DNA of 64,000 nt, from positions 53,042 to 117,041 of the forward strand of contig JAWAEV010000002.1 of assembly GCA_038891095.1 (NCBI GenBank), given 5' to 3'. Shown piece by piece: positions 47,875 to 57,526 of this stretch. A model generated the notes under the pieces. That model had not been told where the DNA came from. It saw only the letters and a program-made list of their open reading frames with translations, and did not search any database. Positions within the stretch are counted from its first letter, which is position 1; the number at the start of each line of letters is the position of its first letter. Origin of the DNA: Candidatus Altiarchaeota archaeon. Lineage in GTDB: Archaea > Altiarchaeota > Altiarchaeia > IMC4 > QMZM01. Position numbers and translations under genes: made by a program.

Positions 47875-48483
47875 TTATAATTTTAGTTTTTTAATTTGCG
47901 AGAGTTTTTTTTCAAAAATTTCAAATGCTTTCTCTAAAATTTCTTTTGGAGTTAATTGCCCATATGATTCAACAAAAAACTCAATACAATCTTTTTTTAT
48001 TTCGTATGAAGCTAAGGCACATTGCCACTTAGCATTATCTTTTCCTATACCTAAGATAGCATCAGCCTCAAATTTCACACTTTGATGCTCAGTCAGTTTA
48101 ACAATTGGTATGCTATCATAAACCGGTACTATCTTTGGGTCACTTGATTTTAAATTTTTAGAATATAATGTTCCAGGTCCTTTGAAATCTACTGCTAATT
48201 TTGCAGTGCACTTTGCGCAGCCTTTTAAATTGCAACTGCATTCATCAACAAAATTATATGTTTTTAAATCTGTTTTTAATGGAATTAGTCCAAGTCTATG
48301 AGCTAAAATTTCATCATTCAAAACTGATGAATTTTCCTCAAATGTTACAGTTTCAATTGCCATTACCGGAACTTCAGAGATTATAATTCTTCGCAAAGCA
48401 TTAGCTAATGCTAAATCAATATCATAAATTCTAAATTTTATTTTATCCTTTGTATCTTCAATAACTTTAACTTCCATTTTCAT
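47875..48483 (-). CDS. rpoD: DNA-directed RNA polymerase subunit D (Rpo3)
   Basis: 'ANALRRII', 'NSSVLNDEILAHRLGLIPL', 'IPIVKL', 'AKWQ'. Confidence 0.95.
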   Translation of the reverse strand: MKMEVKVIEDTKDKIKFRIYDIDLALANALRRIIISEVPVMAIETVTFEENSSVLNDEILAHRLGLIPLKTDLKTYNFVDECSCNLKGCAKCTAKLAVDFKGPGTLYSKNLKSSDPKIVPVYDSIPIVKLTEHQSVKFEADAILGIGKDNAKWQCALASYEIKKDCIEFFVESYGQLTPKEILEKAFEIFEKKLSQIKKLKL

Positions 48484-49121
48484 TAAACCGTCCTTCCATG
48501 TTTACCTCCCTTGGGTCTGCAACCATAGCCATATGCAACAGGTGTTACATCTTCAATGCTACCAATTTGAATTCCCCAGCGGGCTATAGCGCGAATTGCC
48601 GCTTGTGCTCCTTTACCAGGGTACATAGAACCTGTATAACCGCCAGGAGCCCTCACTTTAACATGAACCTTTGTAATGCCTTTCTCTTTTAGTTCTTCTG
48701 CTATTTTCATACCTGCTTGCATCGCAGCATATGGTGTTGGTTTATCTCTTTGAGCTTTAACCATTTGGCCACCGGATTTTATGCTTATTGTTTCTGAGCC
48801 AGTAATATCAGTGGCATGTAAAATTGTGTTGTTTTTTGATGAGTATATATATAATATTCCCCAAATGTCCGCCTTCTTTTTTTTCTGTTCTTTCTCTTTA
48901 TCCTCTTTTTTTACTTCTTCTGCAGTTTCTTTCTCTTTTTTCTCATCTTTCTTCTCTTGTTTTTCTTCTTCTTTTTTTGCTTCTTCAACAAGTTTTTCTT
49001 TTTTTTCTACTGCCTTCTCTTTTTTGACCTTCTCAGAGCTTTCTTTTTTACCTTTTTTACCCTTTACTTCTTTGTTATTCTCATTACCCTCTACTTTTTC
49101 TTCACTTGTTTGCTTCTTCAA
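48483..49121 (-). CDS. rps11: 30S ribosomal protein S11 with ~80-aa E/K-rich N-terminal extension
   Basis: '[12 protein letters not shown]', 'PYAAM', '[11 protein letters not shown]', 'IEDVTP'. TTG start preceded by AGGTGA. Confidence 0.93.
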   Translation of the reverse strand: MKKQTSEEKVEGNENNKEVKGKKGKKESSEKVKKEKAVEKKEKLVEEAKKEEEKQEKKDEKKEKETAEEVKKEDKEKEQKKKKADIWGILYIYSSKNNTILHATDITGSETISIKSGGQMVKAQRDKPTPYAAMQAGMKIAEELKEKGITKVHVKVRAPGGYTGSMYPGKGAQAAIRAIARWGIQIGSIEDVTPVAYGYGCRPKGGKHGRTV

Positions 49122-49590
49122 CTTTCATCACCTTTGGCTTTAAATTTATTTTATCTTCTTCATCTTTAAGAACGAGATAACTTGGAATGTTAACAACTTT
49201 CTCATTTATAAGAACATGACCATGAACAATAAATTGCCTAGCTTGTTTTATAGTTTTTGCTAAGCCTTTCTTATGGAGAATTGTTTGTAGGCGTCTATCC
49301 AACAAATTTTCAACTTTTAATGCAAGAACATCATCTAAATTTTTCACATCTATACCGAACTTTCTTATGCTTGATAACAATTCATTTTTCTCTTTTTCTT
49401 TGCCTGTTACATCAAGCAAAGCTTTTGCCATTTTTCTAAATTTCCCTAATATCGCTTTTGCTCTCCAAATTTCCCTCATATTTTTGAGTCCATACCTCAT
49501 CTTTAATTCCTTCTCTTCAGCTATTCTCTCCCTTTTCCATAAATGTGGTGGCCTAGAGTATTTTTTCCTTAATTTTTTTGGATCTCCCAT
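49102..49590 (-). CDS. rps4: 30S ribosomal protein S4
   Basis: 'MGDPKK', 'YGLKN', 'RRLQT', '[10 protein letters not shown]'. Confidence 0.96.
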   Translation of the reverse strand: MGDPKKLRKKYSRPPHLWKRERIAEEKELKMRYGLKNMREIWRAKAILGKFRKMAKALLDVTGKEKEKNELLSSIRKFGIDVKNLDDVLALKVENLLDRRLQTILHKKGLAKTIKQARQFIVHGHVLINEKVVNIPSYLVLKDEEDKINLKPKVMKVEEANK

Positions 49591-49601
49591 TTTTCAAGTT
49601 T

Positions 49602-50198
49602 TTACTTTTCCTTCTTTTTCTCTCCTGATTCTTCTTTTTTTGCAGGTTTCATTTCCTTCTTTCTAACAACACCAACTGTAGCTCCTTTTCTAAATGATGT
49701 TCTTGTTCTTTGACCTCTCACAGGTTGGCCTAAAATATGTCTTATACCTCTGTAAGACTTTATTTTCTTCTGTAAATTTATATCCTCTCTTCTTGAAAAT
49801 TCAAGATCAGGACCAACCAAATGTGTTGTACCTTTATCATAGCTATTCCTTCTGTTGAGCATCCATGATGGGAGAGATTTATCTAATGACTCAATTGTTT
49901 TTTCAAGTTTATCAATTTCTTCTTCTGATAAATTTCCAAGTTTTCTACCTTCAAATCCTAAAATTTTTGCGATTACTTTTGAAACTCTTGGTCCAATTCC
50001 TGGAATAGCTGAAATTGCCATTGATATTTCCTTATCACCACTTAGCACAGTCCCTGAAATTCTAACTAAGTGTTTTGCTACTTTCTCTGTTGGTTTAGAA
50101 ACTTCTTTCTCAGTTTTTTTTGCTTTCCATTTCTTTTTCTGCGCTACTTTTTGGCTTTCTGAATCCTTATCTTTAGTTTCTTTACTTTCCTTTTCCAT
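49602..50198 (-). CDS. rps13: 30S ribosomal protein S13 with charged terminal extensions
   Basis: 'IPGIGPR', 'PSWMLNRR', 'YRGIRH...PVRGQRTR'. Confidence 0.96.
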   Translation of the reverse strand: MEKESKETKDKDSESQKVAQKKKWKAKKTEKEVSKPTEKVAKHLVRISGTVLSGDKEISMAISAIPGIGPRVSKVIAKILGFEGRKLGNLSEEEIDKLEKTIESLDKSLPSWMLNRRNSYDKGTTHLVGPDLEFSRREDINLQKKIKSYRGIRHILGQPVRGQRTRTSFRKGATVGVVRKKEMKPAKKEESGEKKKEK

Positions 50199-50272
50199 GG
50201 CATATAAATATGGTTTAGAGAATAGAATTTAGATTTAATAAATTAAAATTTTTTAGGGTTATGCTGCAAGGC

Positions 50273-50695
50273 CTACTCAGAATATGAAAGTTCATTCATA
50301 ATTTTCATAAAAAATTCTTTGTCTTTTTTATGTGTCAGCAAGCTTGGAACTTTTTCTTTCTCAATCCACAAAGCAATTGGATTTTCAGGGTCTTTTGGAT
50401 TTAACTCTTCATCATTAGTTCTAAAGAGAAACATGTGTATAGTTTTTATTTCACTTTTATCTTCATCACCATATTTTCCTATTTTATAGCGCTGATAGCT
50501 ACCAAGCTCCTTAACAAGCTCTAAATCTCTTATTCCCGTTTCTTCATAAATCTCTCTTTTTGCTGCTGAGATTTTATCTTCACCCTTCTCGATATGTCCT
50601 TTTGGTAATGACCACGAAGTGCCAAGCTGATTTACAACAAGAACAAGGCCCTTCTTATTAATAACTACTCCTCCAGAACTTTCAGTATGTTTCAT
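50273..50695 (-). CDS. NUDIX hydrolase
   Basis: Nudix box 'PKGHIEKGEDKISAAKREIYEETG'. Start at ATG 50695. Confidence 0.92.
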   Translation of the reverse strand: MKHTESSGGVVINKKGLVLVVNQLGTSWSLPKGHIEKGEDKISAAKREIYEETGIRDLELVKELGSYQRYKIGKYGDEDKSEIKTIHMFLFRTNDEELNPKDPENPIALWIEKEKVPSLLTHKKDKEFFMKIMNELSYSE

Positions 50696-50699
50696 TTTC

Positions 50700-50981
50700 T
50701 CAACGCAAAATTTCAAAGTCCTCAAATTTTCCAGAAAATTTTTTGTAAGATACAATAACATCCTCAACCTTTGCAAGTTCTGGGCCTTTCCAACACCAAT
50801 CTATTAACTTTTGAATTTTTTCTTTATCACCTTCAGCAAGAATTTCAACTCTACCATCTGGCAAGTTTTTAACCCAACCTTTTAAATTTAATTCCTTAGC
50901 TTTCTCTTTTGTGTTTGCTCTGAAAAAAACTCCCTGCACAATCCCTGAAACAAAAATATGTGCACAAATTTTTTTATCCAT
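50700..50981 (-). CDS. acyP: Acylphosphatase
   Basis: 'GIVQGVFFR', 'GWVKNLPDGRVE'. Confidence 0.95.
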   Translation of the reverse strand: MDKKICAHIFVSGIVQGVFFRANTKEKAKELNLKGWVKNLPDGRVEILAEGDKEKIQKLIDWCWKGPELAKVEDVIVSYKKFSGKFEDFEILR

Positions 50982-51091
50982 TTTACAGAATACCTAAATA
51001 TCCTGCTAAATCAAGCAATTCTCTAAATTCTCCCGCTTTTTTCTTTTTAAATTATAACTTTATTTTCAAAAATCAAAAATTATTCAAGGAT

Positions 51092-51943
51092 TTAGCATAT
51101 TAATGGGGTTATATAAACTTCGACAAACCCGGCTATTATTATCAAGAGAATAGACAAGAGAATTAAATCTACAGAATCAATTACAATTCTCAAAAAATCT
51201 TTGCTCCTAAAATCATGATTTATGACAGCAAATGAAATTATGCCACCAGCCAAAGCTCCAGAAAAATAACCAACCATCTCCAAAATTCCATGTGCAATCA
51301 CAAAGCAAAAACTCATTGAAAATGAGCTGAAATATTGTGAGAGGAACTCTATATCACTTTTTCCTGCATACATAGCTATGGAATTTCTCACGAGATCACC
51401 AATCGCAATTCCAACTACAGAGGCATTCAGAGTTAATATAAAAATAGCGCCAGCTCCATATAAAAAAGAGAATAAGATGCATGCAAAAAGAACAATCAGA
51501 TTATTGCTTATAATACTATACACTTCATTTATGTTATGGGTTGCATATCCCACAGGTTTTTTTGTTATTGATTTTAAAATTTCTATTTGAAATGAAAAAA
51601 GATTCTCACCTATTTCTTTTGGAAGCAAAGTAAACCAAAAGCCATAAGCAATTGTCATCCCCAAAAAAAGAAATATAAAGAGAAAAATTGCCCTTTCGTG
51701 CTCTCTTAACCTTGATGTTTCTTTCCAAAGTTTTAGATCTTTAGTTTCTTCAATTTTCATTACATCATAGATTATAATTATCAAAGGGATTGTTGTTATG
51801 AAAATTGCAGAAAGACTTGAATAACTTCCAAAGAAAAGTTCAGCAAGTAATAAGCCAAGAGATGCATAAAAAAAACCAACAAGCAACATCCTCTCTGGAA
51901 AATTTTCAGCATCTTCTGCCCTAATCATTGCTTCAAGAACCAT
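51092..51943 (-). CDS. SpoIIM/DUF95 family membrane protein
   Basis: 'ISNNL', 'NASVVG', 'HGILE', 'AGFVEVYITP'. Confidence 0.82.
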   Translation of the reverse strand: MVLEAMIRAEDAENFPERMLLVGFFYASLGLLLAELFFGSYSSLSAIFITTIPLIIIIYDVMKIEETKDLKLWKETSRLREHERAIFLFIFLFLGMTIAYGFWFTLLPKEIGENLFSFQIEILKSITKKPVGYATHNINEVYSIISNNLIVLFACILFSFLYGAGAIFILTLNASVVGIAIGDLVRNSIAMYAGKSDIEFLSQYFSSFSMSFCFVIAHGILEMVGYFSGALAGGIISFAVINHDFRSKDFLRIVIDSVDLILLSILLIIIAGFVEVYITPLIC

Positions 51944-52091
51944 AATTTAATATTGTCTTTTTAAGAAAAAATAATCTCATAAAGTTAAAGTGAGTATTTC
52001 ATGCAAATTTCTAATAATTAAAGGAAAGAAGAGAAGAAAATAAGAGAATTTCACTTATAGCATAGACACAGCAAAAGTACTTTATGAGAGT

Positions 52092-53408
52092 TTAATTTGT
52101 TTCAATGGTAGAGCTGGCATTTTCAAAACCATACATAACATTAAGCACTTTTTGATCTTCTAAAGCTTTGCCAATTATTTGTAGTCCAACTGGAATGGAA
52201 TTAACTTTTCCAGCAGGCACAACTCCAGCAGGCACTCCTGCTAAATCTGCAGGAATTGTGAACATGTCATATGCATACATAGCTTTTGGAGAAATTTTTG
52301 TTCCTAGCTTATGTGGTAACTTTGGAGTAGTTGGAGATGCAAGAACATCAACATTTTTTAGAGCATTATTTAGCTCATTCCTTATAAGAGTTCTTGCTTG
52401 TAGTGCTTTTCTGTAAAATCTTCCTGAATGCTCTTTTTGTGAGATATAACTTCCAAGAAGAATCCTTCTTAAAACTTCTTCGCCACAAACATCTTCAATT
52501 TTATAGCCATATCTCCTACCATCATATCTACGAGTTGCAGAAAAAAATTCAACATAGACATTCAAGTAATATGTAGGAACAGAAATTGCTAAATTTGGCA
52601 ATGAAACATCTAAAATTTCAGCACCTTCTGATGAGAATTTATCCAACGCCTTATTAATTATTCTCTTTATCCCAGAATCAATTATAAGTTCGTCAAATTC
52701 TTTTGCATAACCTATCTTAACCTCAGATAGTGATGGATCTAAATTTTCTGAAAATTGATAAAATTTCGGAGGTAGATTCAAAGATGTTTCATCTCTTGAA
52801 TCATAGCCAGAAATAACTTCTAACAATAAAGCAGCATCTTTTACATTTCTTGCTAAAGGTCCAATATGGTCTAAAGACATTGCCAAGTCAATTAATCCAT
52901 AACGAGAAACTAGACCATATGTTGGCTTAAAGCCAACAACTCCACAATGAGAAGCAGGCACCCTTATTGAGCCTCCAGTGTCTGAACCAAGGGCTAAATC
53001 AACAAATCCAGCTGCAACAGCAGCTGCTGAGCCAGAGGATGAACCTCCTGGAACAAAACCTTTTGCTGAAGGGTTATCTGTTGGTCCATAATAAGATGTC
53101 TCTCCTGAAGCTCCACAAGCAAATTCATCCATATTTGTCATACCAACAATTTTTCCTGAGGCCAACTTTATTTTTTCAATAACAAAAGCATCATATGGTG
53201 CAATATAGTTCTCTAATGTCTTTGATGCTGCTGTAGTTAGCAAATTTTCAACACAAATATTTGACTTCACAGCAATTAAAAAATTTTCTAACTTTCCTTT
53301 TTTTGCAATATCCTTTCTTGCAATGCCTTCCTTGTCCAAGACGATGAATGTATTCAGATCCTTATCTTTTTCTTCAATATCTTCAAAATACTCCTTAGTT
53401 AACTCCAT
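52092..53408 (-). CDS. gatA: Glutamyl/aspartyl-tRNA amidotransferase subunit A
   Basis: Amidase signature 'NMDEFACG', 'PGGSSSGSAAAVA', 'GSDTGGSIR', 'EVLRRILLG'. Confidence 0.92.
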   Translation of the reverse strand: MELTKEYFEDIEEKDKDLNTFIVLDKEGIARKDIAKKGKLENFLIAVKSNICVENLLTTAASKTLENYIAPYDAFVIEKIKLASGKIVGMTNMDEFACGASGETSYYGPTDNPSAKGFVPGGSSSGSAAAVAAGFVDLALGSDTGGSIRVPASHCGVVGFKPTYGLVSRYGLIDLAMSLDHIGPLARNVKDAALLLEVISGYDSRDETSLNLPPKFYQFSENLDPSLSEVKIGYAKEFDELIIDSGIKRIINKALDKFSSEGAEILDVSLPNLAISVPTYYLNVYVEFFSATRRYDGRRYGYKIEDVCGEEVLRRILLGSYISQKEHSGRFYRKALQARTLIRNELNNALKNVDVLASPTTPKLPHKLGTKISPKAMYAYDMFTIPADLAGVPAGVVPAGKVNSIPVGLQIIGKALEDQKVLNVMYGFENASSTIETN

Positions 53409-53452
53409 CTTGTTATATAATATCACAAAGAGTATATAATTTACTTAATGCA

Positions 53453-54514
53453 ATGTGGAAAAATTCAATAATATTACTGGCTTTAATTGCAATTGCATGT
53501 AGTTCAGTGGATATACCGCTAATGTGGTCCAATAAATTTAAAGAAGAAATTCTTTGCTTGAAACAGAATGAAAATTTCATAGTGGTTTGTTTTTCTGAAA
53601 AAATTTCATTTTTTAGTAAAAGAGGTCAAAATTTATGGAACTATACTCTTGAGGATGAAGAAATAAAAAAAGTTGCAATTTACGATAACAAAATTCTTGT
53701 TGCAACAACACGAAACATTTACCTTCTAAGTGATGGTGTTCTACAATGGAAAAAAGAAATTGATTCATGGGTTGGTTATGAAAACTCAATTCATCTTTCA
53801 AAAGATAAAATAATTATTGGCCTAATGAATGGTGAGCTTTACCTTTTTGACATAGAAGGAAATGAAATTTTTAAGAGAAAACTTGATGCATATATAATTA
53901 CAGTAAGTGAATTTGAGAATAACATAATCGCAGTCTCAGATAAGGGAATATATCTATTTGACGAAAACGGAAATTTAAGAATAATGCATCGACCAAAGAG
54001 TTATATAAGAACTGCCACAATATATGCTCAATGGGTTGTATTGTCCTTAGGCAATGATGCTCTTGAGTTTTATACTGTTAATAAAGGTCTTGAATTTTCT
54101 TCGAAATTAAATGAAACGATTGGGGCAATTGCTATTTCAGATAGAAAAATAATTGCTGGTTCAAAAAAAGGTAACCTTTACCTATTTGAATTCAATGGAA
54201 ATCTAAAATGGAAGAAAAATTTGAAAAGTAGCATAACATTAGTGGCATTTGCAAATGATAACATTTTTGCATTGACAATTGATAATAAAATTTTTATTAT
54301 GGATGAAAAAGGTAAGATATCTTGGAGTTATGAAACAAATGAAAAAATTTCATCATTTTCAGCAATAGGCCAACATATTGTTATTGGCACAAATGAAGGC
54401 ATGCTATATTTTTTCAATTTAGAAAGAAATCCAGAAACAGGAATTTTTATCTTTGCTGTAATGTTATCCGTTCTTTTATTATTTATGGTAATGTTCTATA
54501 TCGCAACTAAATAA
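53453..54514 (+). CDS. Secreted PQQ-like/WD40 beta-propeller protein with C-terminal TM anchor
   Basis: Repeated 'GxLxW' blades, signal peptide, C-terminal hydrophobic helix. Confidence 0.75.
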   Translation: MWKNSIILLALIAIACSSVDIPLMWSNKFKEEILCLKQNENFIVVCFSEKISFFSKRGQNLWNYTLEDEEIKKVAIYDNKILVATTRNIYLLSDGVLQWKKEIDSWVGYENSIHLSKDKIIIGLMNGELYLFDIEGNEIFKRKLDAYIITVSEFENNIIAVSDKGIYLFDENGNLRIMHRPKSYIRTATIYAQWVVLSLGNDALEFYTVNKGLEFSSKLNETIGAIAISDRKIIAGSKKGNLYLFEFNGNLKWKKNLKSSITLVAFANDNIFALTIDNKIFIMDEKGKISWSYETNEKISSFSAIGQHIVIGTNEGMLYFFNLERNPETGIFIFAVMLSVLLLFMVMFYIATK

Positions 54515-54515
54515 A

Positions 54516-55685
54516 ATGGAAATTGGAATAGTTGGAAAACCAAATGTGGGAAAAAGCACATTTTTTAAAGCAGCAACTTTAGCTGAAGTTGAGATAGCAA
54601 ATTTTCCATTTACAACAATAAATGCAAATGTTGGTATTGCATATGCTAAGGCTAAATGTGTCTGCAAAGAATTCAATGTCAAATGTAATCCACAAAATTC
54701 TTTATGTATCAATGGTAATAGATTCATTCCAGTAAAGATAATTGATGTTGCTGGTTTAGTCCCAGGAGCACATCTTGGCAAGGGCTTAGGAAATAAATTT
54801 CTTGATGATCTAAGGAGAGCAGATGTTCTAATCCATATAGTTGATATATCTGGCAAAACAAATGAAAAAGGCGAGCCAACTGAGGGTTATGATCCTGAGC
54901 AGGATATAAAATTTTTGGAGGAGGAAATAGATGAATGGTTTTTTGCAATAGTTAAAAAAAATTGGAACAACATAGCAAGGAAAGTAAAATATGAGAACAA
55001 AAATTTAATTAAAGAATTCACTGAGGTGCTTTCTGGTTTAAGTATAAATGAATGGCATATAAAAAAAGCCCTATTTGACCTTAACTTTGAAGAAAAGACA
55101 GATTTCTCAGATTACGAGCTAAGAGAGCTTTCAATAAAACTAAGGAAAATTTCAAAACCAATTTTAATTTCAGCAAATAGAGTTGATATTGATAATAAAG
55201 GAAATTTCGAAAAATTGAAGGAACTTTATAGAATGATACCAACATGTTCCGAAGCTGAATTAGCATTAAGACAAGCACAAATTCATGGGATGATAGATTA
55301 TATTCCTGGTGAGAGTACCTTCCAAATAGTAAAAAGCTTAGATGAAAAACAAGTTAAAGCCCTAAGCATAATTAAAAAAATTTTAGAAAAATATAATTCA
55401 ACAGGTGTGCAAGAATGCATAAACACAGCAATTTTCTCAATTCTAAAAAGAATTGTTGTGTACCCAGTTGAGAATGAAAATAAATTAACTGACCAAAAGG
55501 GAAATATCCTGCCTGACGCTTATCTTATGCCGGAGGGCTCAACAACTTTAGATTTAGCTTTTAAAATTCATACAGAAATTGGAGAAAAGTTTATTGCTGC
55601 AGTAGATTGTAGAACAAAAAGAAAATTAGGTAAAGACAATATTCTGAAGAACAACGATGTTATGAAAATTATCTCTGGAAAATAA
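54516..55685 (+). CDS. ychF: Archaeal YchF/Obg-family translation-associated GTPase
   Basis: 'GKPNVGKST', 'NFPFTTI', 'DVAGLVPGAH', C-terminal TGS domain. Confidence 0.92.
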   Translation: MEIGIVGKPNVGKSTFFKAATLAEVEIANFPFTTINANVGIAYAKAKCVCKEFNVKCNPQNSLCINGNRFIPVKIIDVAGLVPGAHLGKGLGNKFLDDLRRADVLIHIVDISGKTNEKGEPTEGYDPEQDIKFLEEEIDEWFFAIVKKNWNNIARKVKYENKNLIKEFTEVLSGLSINEWHIKKALFDLNFEEKTDFSDYELRELSIKLRKISKPILISANRVDIDNKGNFEKLKELYRMIPTCSEAELALRQAQIHGMIDYIPGESTFQIVKSLDEKQVKALSIIKKILEKYNSTGVQECINTAIFSILKRIVVYPVENENKLTDQKGNILPDAYLMPEGSTTLDLAFKIHTEIGEKFIAAVDCRTKRKLGKDNILKNNDVMKIISGK

Positions 55686-55731
55686 AGTTTTTATAGTCTT
55701 ACTCCAATAAATATAAATAATAAAAAGCAAA

Positions 55732-56571
55732 ATGAATAGCTCAGTAGAGGATATAATGAGAGATGGCTATAAACTTTGGAGAAAAAATCTCATACTATGT
55801 ATCCCATTTTTATGCAATTTTCTCGTAACTGTTCTATTAGGTGTAATACTTTTTCTACTCATAATTTTTGCGATTTTTCAAGGACGTGAGCTTTCTTCAA
55901 TTCTCCTTATAATTTTTGTTGTTCTCATAGGTATAATTATATATCTTCTGTCGAATTCATTTTTTACTGCAGGAGCGATTGGAATGGCAAAAGAAATTTT
56001 AATGAAAGGAAATACTAATTTGCAAGATATGTTGCTTTATGGAAAGAAAAAATTCTTAAAATTGTTTTTTTTCAATCTTATTCTTCTGCTTTTAGGTATT
56101 CCAGCTATAGCTTTTTTATTCATACATGGTTTCACGGGAATTAACTTAACCTATCTTTATCTTTTTGCAGTCTCCATCCTCTTTACTCCAATTCCATATA
56201 CAATTGTTATTAGTGATACTAATGTATCAGATGGAATAAAAAAAGGATTTAAATTTATCAAGGAGAATAAGTTATCCTTTCTTCTGTTATTTTTTTTTAA
56301 TAGATTTATAGAAACTATCTCTACCATAGTAGCACTAATCCTTGCCTTTATACTCTTTATAGCAATATTAGCTTTCACTTTGCCTTCCATTCCATTATCT
56401 TATGAAGCAATTATAATGAATCTTAATGCAATAAGATCAAGCTTAATTTTCGGAGTATTGATAGCATTTATCTTCTTATTTATACTATATGTATTAATTT
56501 CAATATTTGTTGTATCTCCACTCACAAATTTATGGTTTGCTAAGCTGTACTCTGAAAGAACGAAAATTTAA
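55732..56571 (+). CDS. Polytopic membrane protein, paralog of the downstream gene
   Basis: Shares 'NSFFxAGAxGM', 'DMLxYGKKKFL' and 'IVIxD' with 56573-57508. Confidence 0.75.
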   Translation: MNSSVEDIMRDGYKLWRKNLILCIPFLCNFLVTVLLGVILFLLIIFAIFQGRELSSILLIIFVVLIGIIIYLLSNSFFTAGAIGMAKEILMKGNTNLQDMLLYGKKKFLKLFFFNLILLLLGIPAIAFLFIHGFTGINLTYLYLFAVSILFTPIPYTIVISDTNVSDGIKKGFKFIKENKLSFLLLFFFNRFIETISTIVALILAFILFIAILAFTLPSIPLSYEAIIMNLNAIRSSLIFGVLIAFIFLFILYVLISIFVVSPLTNLWFAKLYSERTKI

Positions 56572-56572
56572 A

Positions 56573-57508
56573 ATGAACAGGCAAAGTATAGAAGCAATTT
56601 TAACTAATGGGTTTGAAATTTGGAAAAAAAACAAAATCATAGGTTTAGCATTTGTTTTAAATGCATTTTCTCTATTTTTTCTTGGGATAATTTTTATATT
56701 ACTCTCATTATCATTTTTAGGCAATACTTTAATTAGCTTCTATGAGGGCGTGTATTCCCAAGACTTTTCATATATTAGTTTAATTCAAGAAGTAATATTC
56801 ATCCTATTGTTTCTTCTATTGCTATTTTTGTTTTTTGCATTAATTGTTAATTCTTTCTTTTTAGCAGGAGCAGTCGGAATGACAAAAGAAGCAATGCAAA
56901 AAGGAAAAACAAAATTAGGAGATATGCTATTTTATGGAAAGAAAAAATTTCTAAGTTTATTTTTTGCTGCAATTCTCATCTTATTTTTCCAGTTATTAGG
57001 TCTAATTTTTTTAATTCCAGGGCTTATTAGTTTTTTTGTTTTAAATTCCGTTGGAGTTGGATTATTACTCTTGGTTTTGGGGATTTTACTTTTTGTATTA
57101 TACCTACTTATCTTGAGATTACTTTTAGTTCTTATGCCACAGGCAATTGTCATAGATGATCTTGGTCCATTTGATGGAGTAAAAAAAGCATATCTGGTTT
57201 TCATGAATAATAAACTTTCAGTTTTAATTCTACTTGTTGCAATATCGGTAATTTTTGAGATTTTAAATATGTTCTTGCGAGATGTCCTCTTATTCCCACT
57301 TTTTTTATTGATGTCCAAAGGATATATCGGCACAATTTTATCAATTATATTTTTTGCTTTTGTTATCTTGTTTATACTTTTTGTACTTCAACCCATAATA
57401 ACATTATGGTTAACTGCACTATATCTAAATAGAACAGGTAAAGAAATTGCAATTGACATAGCAGATGAATCTACCAAAAGCAGTAGGGATTTTGTAGTTC
57501 GCATATAA
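56573..57508 (+). CDS. Polytopic membrane protein, paralog of the upstream gene
   Basis: Same motifs. Start at ATG 56573, 1 nt after the upstream stop. Confidence 0.75.
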   Translation: MNRQSIEAILTNGFEIWKKNKIIGLAFVLNAFSLFFLGIIFILLSLSFLGNTLISFYEGVYSQDFSYISLIQEVIFILLFLLLLFLFFALIVNSFFLAGAVGMTKEAMQKGKTKLGDMLFYGKKKFLSLFFAAILILFFQLLGLIFLIPGLISFFVLNSVGVGLLLLVLGILLFVLYLLILRLLLVLMPQAIVIDDLGPFDGVKKAYLVFMNNKLSVLILLVAISVIFEILNMFLRDVLLFPLFLLMSKGYIGTILSIIFFAFVILFILFVLQPIITLWLTALYLNRTGKEIAIDIADESTKSSRDFVVRI

Positions 57509-57526
57509 ATTTCTTCACTAATAATT

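Noticed and set aside
47639-48085. 148-aa plus-strand ORF
   Set aside because: It is antisense to tRNA-Leu and rpoD.
48870-49100. T/C-rich low-complexity DNA and Phe/Ser-rich plus-strand ORFs
   Set aside because: These are the antisense of Glu/Lys codons in the S11 extension.
50984-51050. Short coding-like stretch (KKKAGEFRELLDLAGYLGIL*) upstream of acyP
   Set aside because: It has no start codon and is too short to support a call.
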